A stretch of 64,000 nucleotides of DNA from NCBI GenBank assembly GCA_000708835.1, contig DF237114.1, positions 99,624 to 163,623 of the forward strand, in the 5' to 3' direction. Under the pieces are notes generated by a model. It ran no database searches. It was not told where the DNA came from and saw only the letters and a program-made list of their open reading frames with translations. The position numbers and the translations under genes are program-made. Below are positions 45,360 through 58,593 of the stretch, one piece after another. Position 1 is the first letter of the stretch. The number at the start of each line of letters is the position of its first letter. Source of the DNA: Klebsormidium nitens (Eukaryota; Plantae; Klebsormidiophyceae).

Positions 45360-48300
45360 TCATCCGTGCAGCAGGTAGCTAGCTAGCGGAAACCTGACGC
45401 TTCGCGCAATCTGCAAAAGCCAGGACAAGCATTTATCAAGAGCTGGTTGTTACATACTGCTGGCTCCTCGCCTTGACGTTCTCGCTGGACTCTGTCAGTG
45501 CGATGGGATTTGAGCATCGATTTCGTCACAACATGAAGATGCTGAGATGCCTTTGCTACGACACCGGATTCAAAGAGACACGATGAAAAATCACTGCATC
45601 ACAAAAGCTCCTCGTTCGTCTTACGCAAAGCCAACGTGGGCGAACCTCCCTGATGCATATCTCTCTTGAAACAACATTCTGAGGCGTAGAAACGGCCAGG
45701 AATGAGCTTTTCCCCCCGTTGCAATCGTTGGTTCCCTATGTTTTCAGCGGGTGGGGCATGTCCCCCTTCCTCTCGTGCGAGAGAAGGGGAAAACGGCAAA
45801 AAACAAGAAGGAAAAATGGAGGAGGAAAAGGGAAGGAAAGGAAAGAAGGAAGCAAGAACCCGACCTTTTCCGCTAGCTCCTTGCTCGCGTTGCACCGGTA
45901 CTTGGCACCCCCCTCGATCGGATCCCCCCCCGTTTTGGACACCAGCCCGACCCCCAGTAACGTCAGCAATTGCCGGTGCATCACCCCCGAATCCTCCCTC
46001 CCCGGAACGGAACCGGCGCTTGCGGCGACGTGTAAATAGTCTCGGGCTATGCAGTGGAAAATCGCCGCCAAGCGCTCGATTGGGAACGAGAGCGGGCCGC
46101 GGAGGTGCTCCTCCTCGACCTGTCACGGCAGGACACGTGTCAAGAGACGGCACATGCCGGACCTAGACAAGTAGTACTCCGATTGGTCCGTCAGCGAGCA
46201 ATCGTATGATAGGGCGTGAATCTTACCGCAGGGGCTGCCCGTGGGACCTGGACCAACGGAGATGGAAATGGAAACGGAAACGGAAACGGAACAAAGGGGT
46301 GCAAGTGAGATGGAATACCTAGCCGCTCGGTCAATGCTTGTGTGCCTTGCTTTGGGGACTCGGTGCAACTGAAACAAACGCCCCTTGTAGGATCGTTGGA
46401 AGAGAACTGTGCGCTTAAGCACAAAGCTTCGGCGCTTTGGCGCTCTCTGTGTTCCATACCTTTTCAAGGAGAAGCAACAGGGAACGACACCGATACCTAT
46501 ACGGAGACCGCACCTTTCTTGTACGGCCGTTCGCTTGCCGCATCCATGAGTAACTCTAATACCGACGCTCGCGCAATGCACACACAGATTCCTACCGCCT
46601 CCAAGCTGATGAACCACTCACTCCGAATCACCGCTTTTCTGGAAAAAGACCGGCTTGGAAATCTGCATCCCGCAGAACAGCCACCAGATTCTCAGCACCC
46701 CCTCACCTCGACATCCCTCCTGACCTGCTCCGACACCCCCCCCGACTTCCGTCGCCGCTTCTTTTTCCGCCCCCCCTCTTCATCGTCCAAATACGCGCTA
46801 TCCAACGACGCCGGGTTCCGCGACGCTACGAACGCCGCAATCAGCAACAACCTGCACGCTCCGCTCATCTCGAACTCCGCCCCGGTACCGACGTCATCCC
46901 GGCCGACGTCACCCCTGCTGACGTCAAAAGCCCCCGCGAAGCTGACGTCACTCCCCATGGCGGCCCGCAGGTGGGGGAGGAGGGTGGCGTAGAGGCGGCG
47001 GCCCCCCGTCTCGGTGGCCGCCTGCGCGCGCTCGACTTTGCCCTGGTCGATCGGTTCCAGGTACTTGCGAAAGAGCGGTTCCATCGACGCGTCTAGCTGA
47101 GTCAGCCAGCGGGTGATGCGCGCGGAGGGGGGGAGGACCATCCTGTACCATAGGGGGGGGTGCGGAGGGGACGTGTGAATCAACCTGAGAGGGGGGGCTA
47201 TAGGGAACAGAACAGGGGGGGGCACAGAACGAAGTTTGTGGGGTTGAGCTTGCGAAAGAGGGGTGTATAGTCGCATCGCCAAGCCGGTGGAAAAGCCGAC
47301 TCTTTTCTCCTGTGCGTTGCTTTGCCTGCGCGCTCCTGACATTCAATTGTTCTTCGGATCTCTCGAACCGAAACCTCGAGATGTAACATCCGGGCCGAGC
47401 GCGAAGTTCCACGTCGCCTCTTACACCCTCTGACAGCTCTGCGCTCTTTCCAGCTTCGCTGGTGGGCCGACTTATTATACAGGCAACCACCCGAAAAGGG
47501 CGGGCATCCGTTAGAACTCTGTTCTTTAGCGCAGCCCACTTCCTTTCGGAAGTGATCTAAGACAAAAATGCATACAAGCAATCCAAGCGATCCAAGCACT
47601 CTTTATCCTTTTCGGCACATTAAGAGGATTGTCCAAAACCTTGCCACAGGATATCACTGATTGCTCAACAGCCACAGCTCGCATTTCTTGACTGGTACTC
47701 ACTCTGAAGCTGGAAAATACCGGTTTGCAACGTCAGCAAGACTCACTTCGAGAACCCGGGGTACAACGGCGGCCGCCCCTTGCTCAAGATCTCCTTCAGC
47801 TCCGGCAGATAGTCCGGGAAATGCACCCCCTGCGGTTTCCTTTCCCCGGTTCCCGTTTCAAACGCGTCCCAGGACATGCGGCTCACGAACACAACGGTCA
47901 GGCTGCTGACACGTGTCAGCTCGGAGAGCCGCGAGAACGCGGGAACAAGGCTCGCCAAGGGGGAGGACATCTCGTCCGTTCGCAGAAGTTCGGCATGATC
48001 GAAAACGACAACGAAGTTCGTGGTCGAAAGGCTGGGGAAGCGGTCCATCGGGCTTTGCCGGGAGGGTTTTATGGGGGTTCTGGCCTCGAGGGTTTCGGGA
48101 TTTTGCGGCGTGGGGTTTGGGGGTTTGGTGGCGGCGGGGGGGCAGCCTCGAAGAGGTTTGGGGTTTTTGGCCGCGGCGGTTATGCAGACCCGGCGGAGAA
48201 TTTGGACAAAGTCGGACAGGTCTGTGCAGCGCACGTAGGGAGCGTAGTCATTGGCGGCAGAACGGACGTAGCCTGCAAAGTTGTGGATTAACGCTTGTTT

Positions 48301-49108
48301 CCTTAGCCGGAATAGAAAGCTCATGGTCGTATGGTCTTAAAGCTTTATGCATGATGGACCCCTATGGGACGGGTGTTTACACAACACCGCAAAAGGGCGT
48401 TCCAAGCAGGGACCCATGAAGACCAAACGCCCAATGCCATTGGGTGTTGACAAGGGAAAGAAAGGAACGGAAAGTAGCACGTCCTGCAGGTTGTGTGCAA
48501 GTGCTGGCGGGTTTCAAGCAGACCAGAATGTGAAATAAAGGTTAAAAAAAAAATCATAGCCGTGCTAAATTATGAAGCCCGGTGGCTGCCGCTGAATCCC
48601 TGGGAGTGCTTCTTTCCCTCCAGTCTTACTCTGTACAAGGAACAAACCGTTGCATACAGGAAGCGGCAATTGCAGTGCGCTCCTCACCCGCCAGCTGTTC
48701 AATCACCCCCTCATAGATCATCCTCGGGCTGCTGCTCGAGCGGCAGCTGACATACGCATGAGGTCGGCCCAGCAGCCGCAGCGCGCCTCGCACAATCGAC
48801 GTCTTTCCGGTGTTTGGGAACCCCCAAACTAGAATGGGCGCCCCCCGTTCCCCAGGTTCTCCAAGCAGGTTAAGGAACTGGTTAACCTGAGGGGCTCTCC
48901 CTGGGAAGGTGGCATTGAGGTGGAGAGCGACTTGGGACGTGGAGAGGGGTTTAAGGGGTTTGTGGTTGGGTTGAGAGGGTTCGGGGTTGGTGTCTGGGGG
49001 GGTGTGATCATGAGGGTTTTGGTCGAAGGGGTGGAGGATGGATGCAATTTGGCGTCGGGTGCGGATGCCTTCATCAATGGAACCTGAGGAAGGAGAACTG
49101 TGGTTCAT
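45360..49108 (-). CDS. ORC5: Origin recognition complex subunit 5, 556 aa. Exons 49108-48688, 48272-47747, 47142-46725, 46119-45865, 45410-45360
   Basis: FPGRAPQV, Walker A GFPNTGKT, VVVFDHAE, VHFPDY, LLIAAFVASRNPASLD, GPLSFPIERLAAIF, KYRCNASKELAEK|IARSVRFPLASYL match the ORC5 N- and C-domain patterns. Phases are consistent. Confidence 0.93.
46264..46292. repeat. (GGAAAC)n intronic microsatellite
   Basis: ggaaatggaaacggaaacggaaacggaac. Confidence 0.85.
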
Positions 49109-51041
49109 CAACGGGCAAGGTAAGCGGTGGATATGCAACAGACGAGATTCGATTGCGACGGTGCATTGGAAAAGAGCGCCTGATGACCTATTAGAGTATG
49201 TTACAGGTTCTCCTGAAGTTGCATGTTCATGACCACTTCTAGTAACAACAGATGTCACCGAGACTATAGGATCTCGTTAACCCTGCTCCAATAGATGCTT
49301 GACAGGTGTACCTTATAACAACGGTTGAGAGTCAGACTTCCTGCTTTCCGGGCATATGCTAGCTGATCAAAAGCTCCGGCGGTTTCTGCGTAGGCCTCTA
49401 CGGAGACACCATGACCTTAAGGAAGGACTTGTTCTTCCAGAGCTTTCTTGAGGAAATAATAGGCACGTTCTTTTACAACAAAATCTGTCTGGTCTAGCTT
49501 GAAGAATGCTGCTTCCATGTCCAGTCAGTGTGGGAGGACTGCAGTAAATCTGTGCTTGGAAGAAGCATGATGGACTTTGAAAACCTTGTGTTGATTGAGG
49601 AGAAAAGATGCTAAAGTGGACTGCATTCTCAAGGCTCAGGTGAGCAGCTTACCTATTATTGTCTCGTTCAAATCAGGAGGATCGTAGCTTGTGGCAGCCT
49701 CATCAATCATTTGTGCAGCATCCCGTTTGCCCATTGTCCGTGATGAATCGAGCAAATTTCGTGTATGCTGCATATGCACTTTGATCAGTCTTACTTTGAC
49801 TCATTCTGGTCTTAATTCTACACAAAAATCTGGCTGTTGTCTTTCTGCAAATACGATGGCAACTATCAGAGCAACAGCACCAGCTTTACAAGGGCACTCG
49901 GGTCTTCCGCAAGATTGTGGCTTGCAGCAATGTGGATCCGGAGATTCTACACAAGATATTAACTATTATGAAGCTACAGAACCCCTTCTGCATCTGCGCA
50001 ATAAATACCTTCTTCTGTAGCTATGCTTTGAAGGGCACAATAATCCGAACAGCTCCGGCTCTTGAGACGAACAAATTGCGCCATGAATCATGATGATCTT
50101 GATCTGAGGTGCAGCTAGTAGTAGCAACTTGAACTGATCAACAAGCAAGGCAAGCTTCAGAAATATGGCGCGAAAGAAAAGCCTGCAGAAGTTGATCTGA
50201 ACCCTTGCGAGCGTGTGTTGGTCAGTCCAACGGTCATCGTGCATCTTGGGCTCAAACCACCTTCATCATCTTCACCGTCGAACATATCCCTATCGTAATC
50301 GGACGGCTATATGCCAAACTTTAGATGCCAACGTGGCAGCCTTTGTTAGTGTCAACCTGCTCACAACATCTTAAGCAGATCTCCTTTGACACTGTGTAGC
50401 GGCTCTGGCTGAGGGTTGCGGAACCTTCTTCCGCAAGGCTTGACGTGGAAGGAGGAGAAGCGAGGGTTCTGAAAAGTGACAAGGCGCTTCATTGATGACA
50501 ATGAGAGTGTCCAGTGAGGCCAGGGTGCAAGGAGAACGCTAGATTGCTTGTCAGGAAATTTGCGCCTGTTGCACTTCGCCTGCCTGATTGTCCTGCACCT
50601 CTGCAAAGTTCCTAATTCTTGAAACGAGCGGCAATTTTTTTGGTGAAGGAGTGCTTCACTTTTTGGGAGACGCTGCGAGTCAAGAAACACTTGTCAGGTC
50701 AGATCCCTTTTGAACTACTCCTGTCTGCATCCTCATAGGTTTTTGATGGGCCTCTTTAAAGCACTTCTGATTAATTAATTGTTTACAGTACCAGGGTTCT
50801 CTATCAACGTTGACTCACAACGCCGATGACTTTTGCATAGACTTTATTTTTGCGATGGTTTGGAGAGTGTCTGCTGGTGGCAGCATTAGTTCTGAGGAAG
50901 GTAAAAGGTTTTGACATTTATTGTTTCGCATTCAAGGTTTTTGTTTTTTCAAGTAGGTTGCAAGTACAGACGTTGTTTGGAGTAAAAGTGTCACACGTCT
51001 GATTTGCTTCTTTTTGCAGGCAGGGTTCCTTGGCGGCTCCC

Positions 51042-54000
51042 ATGGCAGCCTCGCTCGTGGCCTCCCGAGCCACATCGCTTGCACCAATAGCAGAGTTGCA
51101 TATTTGTAACAAAACCGGTTTGCAGAAGGTTCCGAACTTGGGACGACGTTCTCCCACGAGTTGCACTTACCCAGGCACACGAAAGGGACAGAGGGGAGGC
51201 CGGTTGTTGAGAGGGGAGCGCTCAATTGAGCAGCAATTGTCTGCTTCAGATAGCTGTTTCGCTGGCTGTACTCGGCAAAGAGGAGGATGGAGTCAACAAT
51301 TAGCGGCTGAGGGTTTGGGGACGAGAAGCGGTGGCGGCAAGTTTGTGAGGAAAGGTGGTGGGGGGGTGCGGTGCAGGGCGGAGGACGGGGGGGCTGGCTA
51401 TGACCTGAGCTTGGACCCGGCTCCTGCAAAGCAATTTGGAAGCAGGTAAGGGGAAATTTAGGGTTCTGCTCTTTCTGGACGTTGATGTGACCGAGCTCGA
51501 GTTTGTGGACCTTTTTGCTCATCAGAACTGTTTTAGGGATGCAGTGCTTATTAGAAGACTGGGTGCAGGATACCTGCTGGCTAAGGAGGAGGCTAGGAAA
51601 AGGAGCAAACTGGCTTTGACTCTATGTTTGCAGCAGGTTACAAAAAGCAAGTCGACCATTTGGCAGAGCAGATACTTCTTTCTTGTCAAGTAGGCTGCAG
51701 GACCCAGAGACTTTGCTTAACAGCACTTTCAAAGCAGAACGGGTGTCAGATCGGGCTTTTGAACAGGTTCTCCTGCACTATTGAAAGATTAGTTTTTGAC
51801 GCAAACACCGTGAAGTATCCTTCACCAGATTTAAATCTCCCTGGGCACTCCAGCTATCGCAAGCGCGGTGCCTCTTCAGTGGCTAACGTAATTACCTTCG
51901 TTGTGCTGGCTCGTTTCTGTTCTGAAAAAATCGAATTGTTTAACCGCATCAAAGGGCCACCAGGCGCTCTGTGTTGCTCCTTTGGTCTCCTTTTTTCCTT
52001 GCTGAGGAGGTGACCAAACGAATCATCTTTATCTCCTTATAGCTTCCTGAACTATACGTCTTTCAAAACTCTTCCTGCTCTTGCTGTCATCTCTCTCAAC
52101 TATTTTCTCCCTGAGTTCAACACAGGAGATCGTTGAGTACGCTCTCTATGGCTCAGCCCGCCCCATATCTCCAGCAGCAAAGAAATGAATCGGCCGAACC
52201 TTCGCAAGCGAGACAACATGATGCTCATTACTTACTAACGTTCTCCTCGCTGTCTGTTGCCAGCAGCAAAGAGATCGACCGGCTCGACTCCCGCGTGCGC
52301 GACAGCACGATGCGCGCAGTCGACGAGCTCGGGCTCCGCGTGACGGTCGGCGACGTCGCGTCGAAGGCAGGCCTCAAGCTCTCCGAGGCCGAGAGCGCGC
52401 TCAAAGCGCTCACCGCTGACGCGAACGGTTACCTGGAGGTGTCAAACGAGGGTGACGTCCTGTTCTGTTTACCGAGGGACTACCGGAACGTGCTGTTGCA
52501 AAAGAGTTTCAAGTTGCGGGCGGAGCCCTTTTTGAAGAAGGCGGAGGAGGTCGGGTCGTACCTGGTGCGGGTCAGTTTCGGGACGACGCTCCTGGCGTCG
52601 ATCGTGCTGGTGTATACGACCATCGTGGTGCTTGCCACGTCATCTTCTAGCAGGTGAGTATTTTGCAGCGCACGCTAGATGCCTTTGACAGCCGCTGCGT
52701 CTGTGTGATTCGTGGCCTCCTTCGGTGGAGAAGCTTCTGTAACGTGGAGATTTGTCGCCGACTGGCAACGTAGATATGCGGGGACGCTGATGGGAGGCTA
52801 CTTCTTTAGACTATGATCGTTGCTGTTCAAAAGGCAGATGCGAAGACCGCTTCAATACCTGTCCCCTTTGGGATCACACCCGTTACGTTTGAGAGAACAT
52901 GCGTCTTCCAATCACACCCTTTGTATGCTGACTCCCTCCCCGCGTTTCCGCAGCGACCGAGACAACCGGAATAATCGAAACAGCTACGGAGGCGGGTACT
53001 ACCGGCAAGGTCCCAGCCTATATTTCAACCTCAGCGACATTCTTTGGTATTGGGACCCGTACTATCACCGCAGGCGGCGGGAAACGGGGGGAAGCATGAA
53101 CTTTTTCGAGTCGGTGAGGCCGCTCTCTCGTGCTAGTTTTGCAGCTTCTGTGGCTTTGTCTGGGTTTGTGAGGAGCAAGGGCTGAGGCCTCTCTTTCTTT
53201 TCGTTCCGTTTGTGGACTGCTAATGGAAGCTTCAAGACATTTGGGGTTCTTCATAGGGGGCTGTTTATCAGTTGCTGAGGATTCTTGAGATAACTGTTTT
53301 GACCAAAAAACAGTTCCGTTTGGTGCCATGCTAATCTGCTGCGAGGACCCATGAACTGCAAGGGCTGTACGGTTGCTCTTCCGACTGTAACCCTTGTTGA
53401 CTAGACACGCTGGCAGGAGGTTTTCTTTCCGAGATCCTGTCATCCTTCTCACGAGTCCGTCATTTTGTTTCTTACTTGTTGGTTGCTTGCCTCATCAGCA
53501 AGGACGACTTCGCATTGATGATGTGTTCAGGCCAACTTTGATTCCTGATTTGTTGCGCTCGAAGTCTTCGTCCATATCCTGGATACGTTTCCTGGATATT
53601 CAATCTGGCCCCGCATTTCGGGTATACCTTGCTTTGAGAGTCCGGCTTCAAAGCACAGTTTCCAGTCTACAGGAATCCTCTTCTTTCTCCAATCTGGTGC
53701 CTATCTGCCCTTTTCAATAACGTGCTCAAGAACTTGTGATTTCCTCTTCCAGGTCTTTTCGTTTGTCTTCGGCGATGGGGACCCGAACGCGGGGCGGGAC
53801 GAGTATCGGTGGAAGGAGATTGGTAGATTCATTGCGCACAAAGGGGGGGTGGTGACAGCAGAGGAGCTCGCCCCGTTCCTGGACCCCCCCCCGGCGGATG
53901 GTCGTGGCGAAGGGCCTGAGGATGAGTCGTATGTATTACCGGCACTGCAACGGTTTGACGGGACGCCGGAAGTTGACGACCAGGTGGGGCGTGAAAACTT

Positions 54001-57000
54001 TTTGTGTGGGTCGAAGGATTAAGGTTTAGGATCCAGGGTTGGGGTGGTTATTTGCAGTTTGGCTTCGTTTTTAGAGTTCGTACAGTTTGGCGCCTTGGGT
54101 TCCGGAGTCAAGAGTACCCCCAAATTCTGAAGGAGTTCTGTTTTCTCCGCGCTGTGAACCAGTGTGTCCGTAATCAAGCATGCTCCATCAAGCTCTAGGG
54201 CTCTGATGCTTGGAAGCTGTGATGGTAGCATTCTGCCGACAATTCCGGCTTTTGGCGCACCTGCTCTTCGACGAGCGCCCATTTGCAGGTCGGGACCCGT
54301 AAGCGTCAAATCCCCCAACTAGACAATCCGTGGTTCTGGAATACAAAGCGCTTCCGATGTGAGGCCAATGTAAGAAATAACAAGTGCGTGGGAGGCTTAT
54401 TTGCGGTGGGAGGCTTCTTTGCCGAACGGAAGTAGAGGTCTCACAAACTAGTCAGTGTTCCGTCTTTTTAAAACCCGCACCCTGTTTTCTTGTCCCCAGG
54501 GCAATCTGGTCTACCGTTTCCCCGCGCTCCAACGCACTGCTAAGGATCTGTACGGTTGGCCGCTCTTCCGGCGAAGCGAAGGTGCGGACGTCCAAGACGG
54601 GGAAGCGTACTATAAAGAGGACACGTGGTCGCTCAGGTGAGCTTCTGGTACTGCGGCAGCTATAACGATCACTTGGATAGTGTTCTTGATGAGCGACAGT
54701 TTCATTGTCACATGTTGTGCTCGCTCGTTTCTCGTGCTCCTCTTGTTTGCTGGGTTATGATTTGCCATTCGTTACGAACTTTAGTAGACACTGCGGCTGC
54801 TGAGAATCTGCTTGTCAACAAGTGGTCGTTTTTCAGCTCTGAGTCTTCATACCGATCCCGTCCGTATAATCTGCAATACGGAATCTTTTCTTCATTAGTC
54901 ACACTAGTTATTCGCGTTTCATTTTCACTGGTCCTCTTGGTGGTCAGGAATGTGACTGAGACCTACTGTTCAACCCTTGAATTGCGTACGTTCAATGTCC
55001 TCAATCTGTCGGGCCTCAATGGATCAGTTTCGCTAGCTCCTGCATCTAATGCAGATTGCACAGATCACGTGGCCGTAATTGAGCAACTTTTTCAGCTACC
55101 CAGACTTCGTGCGTTTTGGCGTCCTAGTCCGATCGTTGAATATCCGCACATTGTAGTCGGTTTCAGAACATCGACACCGTTTGTCTCTGCAGTAAAGCTC
55201 CGGACAGTCAGAAGTTCCTCGCAATAGGCCTCGGCATTGCAAACCTGGCGGGAGTGGTCATTCTCAGCGGCATGCTCAGGTGAGCCTGCGAAGGTCGTTG
55301 CTTCAACATGGGGTTTTTTATGTTCTCTGCGATCATCTCCAGTGCTTTGCTTCAAGGACGTTCTCTTGAGGTGGTTCACCTATATCCACAATCTACCTAT
55401 TTTCCAAAGCTACCCACCTGCTTAGCTACAGCGTGCAGAATGTAGGTCGAGATCCGGACTGATTGAAGCGAAAACGGTTTACTAGCAATTGTGTGGCAGG
55501 TTGAGGTTTTCGAAGCGAAGCCATTTTTGTCTAAAGATGCCTTGCACAGTGTTCTGACCGTGTAGTGACAGGACCTCCGATGAGATCCCTTCTGGGAATG
55601 CCTGACTTTGGGCCTTTTCTGACTTTTGGACACCTTAAATCCGCACCCAAGATGTTGCACGGCCAGTCTGCAAACGATTTGTCCGAATACTCGGAACTCG
55701 ACGATATATCATACTCCCCGCCTTGATCAGAGCTATCGAACACTCCGTGGAAAGCAACATCTCAGGTGCGAGGTTGAAGGGCCCGAGATGATCAACAGCC
55801 TGCGTATAAGAACCTTTTGGCTGACCGGCCACATAGAGTCCGGACAGTGTTCTGACTGACGAGCAACAGTAACCTGGTCCGCAGGAATCCGCAGCTGGCG
55901 CGAGAACTGGGGATCGGCCTCGTCGGCTTCGTACAGAAAAGTCTGCCCTTCTTCCAGGTAACGGAACCTGCTTTTGTCAAACCTTCGCTTTTCTTCAAAC
56001 TTTTCGAGTCGGAACGTCTTCTTCGAACTTCACGTCTGTTTGCAACGCGGGATCTCAACCTAGGTTTTTTACATAACGGCCAGCTTTTGGAGCCCATCAG
56101 AGATGACGACAGCGGCAGCTGCATCGCCACGGTTACGAGAGCTGTTTGTCGGTTACTGTGGGCCGGAATTAAGTTACGGATTAGTTCTCAATGCCTTGGG
56201 CTGATTATGCATTTGTCCGGGCAACGGCAATTGCAACATTTTAGGGAACCAAACGAGAAACCAAGATGAGACCGCCTCTGTTCGCTGCTCAGAAGAGAAG
56301 AAGCCATCTGTCTTTTGCGCCACCCCTAGTTGCCGTTTCAGAACTCTCACATTTTGAGATCAACGCTGAGTCTCATCTCTTGACACTCAACGGTGACATG
56401 CATCTGACACGTGTCCCCACATTCTCGCAGGGCTACGCGGCATCCTTCTTTGCGATTCCGGCGTTCCGCTGGTTCTCGAATCGGGTGAAAAATGCGAAGA
56501 TCGAGAGCCGAAACAGCGCGCGCCGCAGCCGGGCTATGCAGCTCCAGCAGCCCAGCGCGCCACTGCGACGAAAGGTGACGTCACGTGTCCTGGTTCCTGC
56601 CCCACTCTGCTCTTTCCAGCCCGTCTCTCCGTTTTTTGGATGTGCCTTTTCTTTCGATGAGACATCAAAACCGGTGGGGCGTGAGAAGAAGGCGGCAGCG
56701 CATGTGCTGGTGCCAGTTCCAAGGAGCGGTCAGTGGGTATATCTGAGTGTTGCAATATTGGATGCGGTCAGGTTTTTTGATTGTACGCTGATCACGTGCC
56801 TGGTTTTGGTTGCTACTAAGAATCAGATGGCAGTAGGGTTAGCAGTTGATCCCTTTGGAGTTGCAAGCTTTGACCAGCCTTCTTAGCCACTCTTTGCTTG
56901 GTTAACGTCAACACGTGTGAACATGTCAGGGAGAAAGTCTAGAGCTGATCTGGACCCAACTCGATCAATCTACTTTCCTGTGAGTGAATCTTTGTTGGGA

Positions 57001-57204
57001 GTCTCTTGTCCTTGATAGAGATGAAGTGTTTCCTGACAAACGCCTTCATGTTTGCAGCTTATCAATGCAAGGGAAAAGGCCGAGAAGGTGGTCATTAGTA
57101 AAGACAAGGTGATATACAGTACAGAGAAGGATTTGGCGGAGCAAGACATCGAGGCTGCGGACTGGATGCAAAGGCTGAGACAACGAGAGGACACGAGTCG
57201 GTGA
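51042..57204 (+). CDS. Conserved plastid membrane protein homologous to Arabidopsis At5g03900 (uncharacterised), 590 aa. Exons 51042-51445, 52264-52653, 52954-53113, 53753-53983, 54500-54636, 55193-55279, 55885-55957, 56431-56574, 57058-57204
   Basis: Transit-peptide-like exon 1. RVTVGDVASKAGL, LEVSNEGDVL, RVSFGTTLLASIVLVYT, WYWDPYY, MNFFES|VFSFVFGDGDPN, GGVVTAEELAPFLD, GNLVYRFPALQRTA and VIYSTEKDLAEQD match the recalled At5g03900. Phases are consistent. Confidence 0.9.
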
Positions 57205-57574
57205 TAGTCTGAGAGTTGTTTTTCCTTGTGGCACTGCTTTAATTGGTTTGGACAAAAACAGCTATGCGAGCTGCGATAACAACTAAAGAGCATCTAAAAG
57301 ACTGTATCATAATCTGGCGGTCTGCTTTGGTGATTATCCATTCGTTGACGTAGACACGTCACATGCGTTCGCACCAGTTCGTAAGGGGTTAGGCGAAGTC
57401 AAGCCGGCAAGCCAACAGATGGTACAGATGGCTAACGGTAAAGGCCCATATTTGTTTGTGTGCAGTGTATGTCGTAAATGGAGACGATACGGATTGGCCA
57501 ACATAGATGATCGACCCGGCAAGTTGCATCTAGGTAATGGTATATGTACCGTCGCACTCGTTGTGCGGACCTAA

Positions 57575-58022
57575 GTGCATGCATGTCACTCATGTTGGTA
57601 CGGTATGGCCCACTTAAAACTATTTGTCCTCAGTGGAATACATATATGCCGCGGGCTATTAGTATATGTGCATGGACCGACTGAGTCCATCATTCTCGCC
57701 GTTAACTTAGAGTTCTTAGTACCTGATCCCAACGCGCACATCTTTCTGGCCGCACGTACTGAGCAATTCTGAACGCGAACATGCGCGCGGTAGCTGATCG
57801 AACTGTGCAGGTCCTGCATTATAATTACATAAAGAGCACGTGTCATCATATCTGTGTATAAGTGGGATCATCGATGCCCTAGCTCATGAGCTACTGAGCT
57901 TGCATGGGTGACGTCTTTGCATGATCCGGTACGGTGATTCCGGAATTCAATGTCCGCAGCCATACATGGATCTTGCTAGCCCACCGTCCGCCCCGTCAGA
58001 CGAGAAAGAAAAAATCATGCAT
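57575..58022. other. CATG/TGCA-dense intergenic block between convergent genes
   Basis: 10 CATG counted in ~445 bp. Confidence 0.6.
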
Positions 58023-58593
58023 TTCTTGTGCATTCTAAGTGAGTAAGTTGATCGTTGTAGTCGCAATTACCAGTCATCCGTGACAATTTGCGTATTAGGA
58101 ATCGAACTTAAAACGGGCGCTCTGTCCTCTCAATATCACAGCGTGAGTCTTATCTTGAAACATTTTAAAAATACTATAAACCGTCAGAGTAGGATTGAAC
58201 ACGTAAAGCCTTGACACAAGAACGTCCAACCAGATTTCGTCCGACGAGGCAAGTCTGAGTACAAGCAGCCAGTAACTACTGTACTATATTTATATACGCT
58301 TTTCCCCTTACGGTCCAAGCCTTTCACGCAGCTAGTGCTTGTGTCATTCTTGTTTCCAATTGCATATAGTATCTTGAGGCATCCCGATCGCACTATTATA
58401 TCGCAAACAAGTGATCGTCGCATATAGGTCGGAAAGTGACACGTCGAAAATAACCCAGCACCCTCTCTCAAACATGCCATTTAATAAGGCTCCTAGACCT
58501 CGTTATGTACAGGCTCTACGAAGAGCTTTGAACCCATTGACTGTCTCCAACTTACGGCGGTACCCATACTGCTAATCGCACTGGTTGAAAACT

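Noticed and set aside
49600-50700. Stop-riddled, protein-like stretch on the minus strand between ORC5 and the At5g03900 homologue
   Set aside because: It could be an old pseudogene, but no family could be recognised. It needs TBLASTX.
52261-52266. NAGNAG tandem acceptor (CAGCAG)
   Set aside because: A common feature that would change one Ser only.
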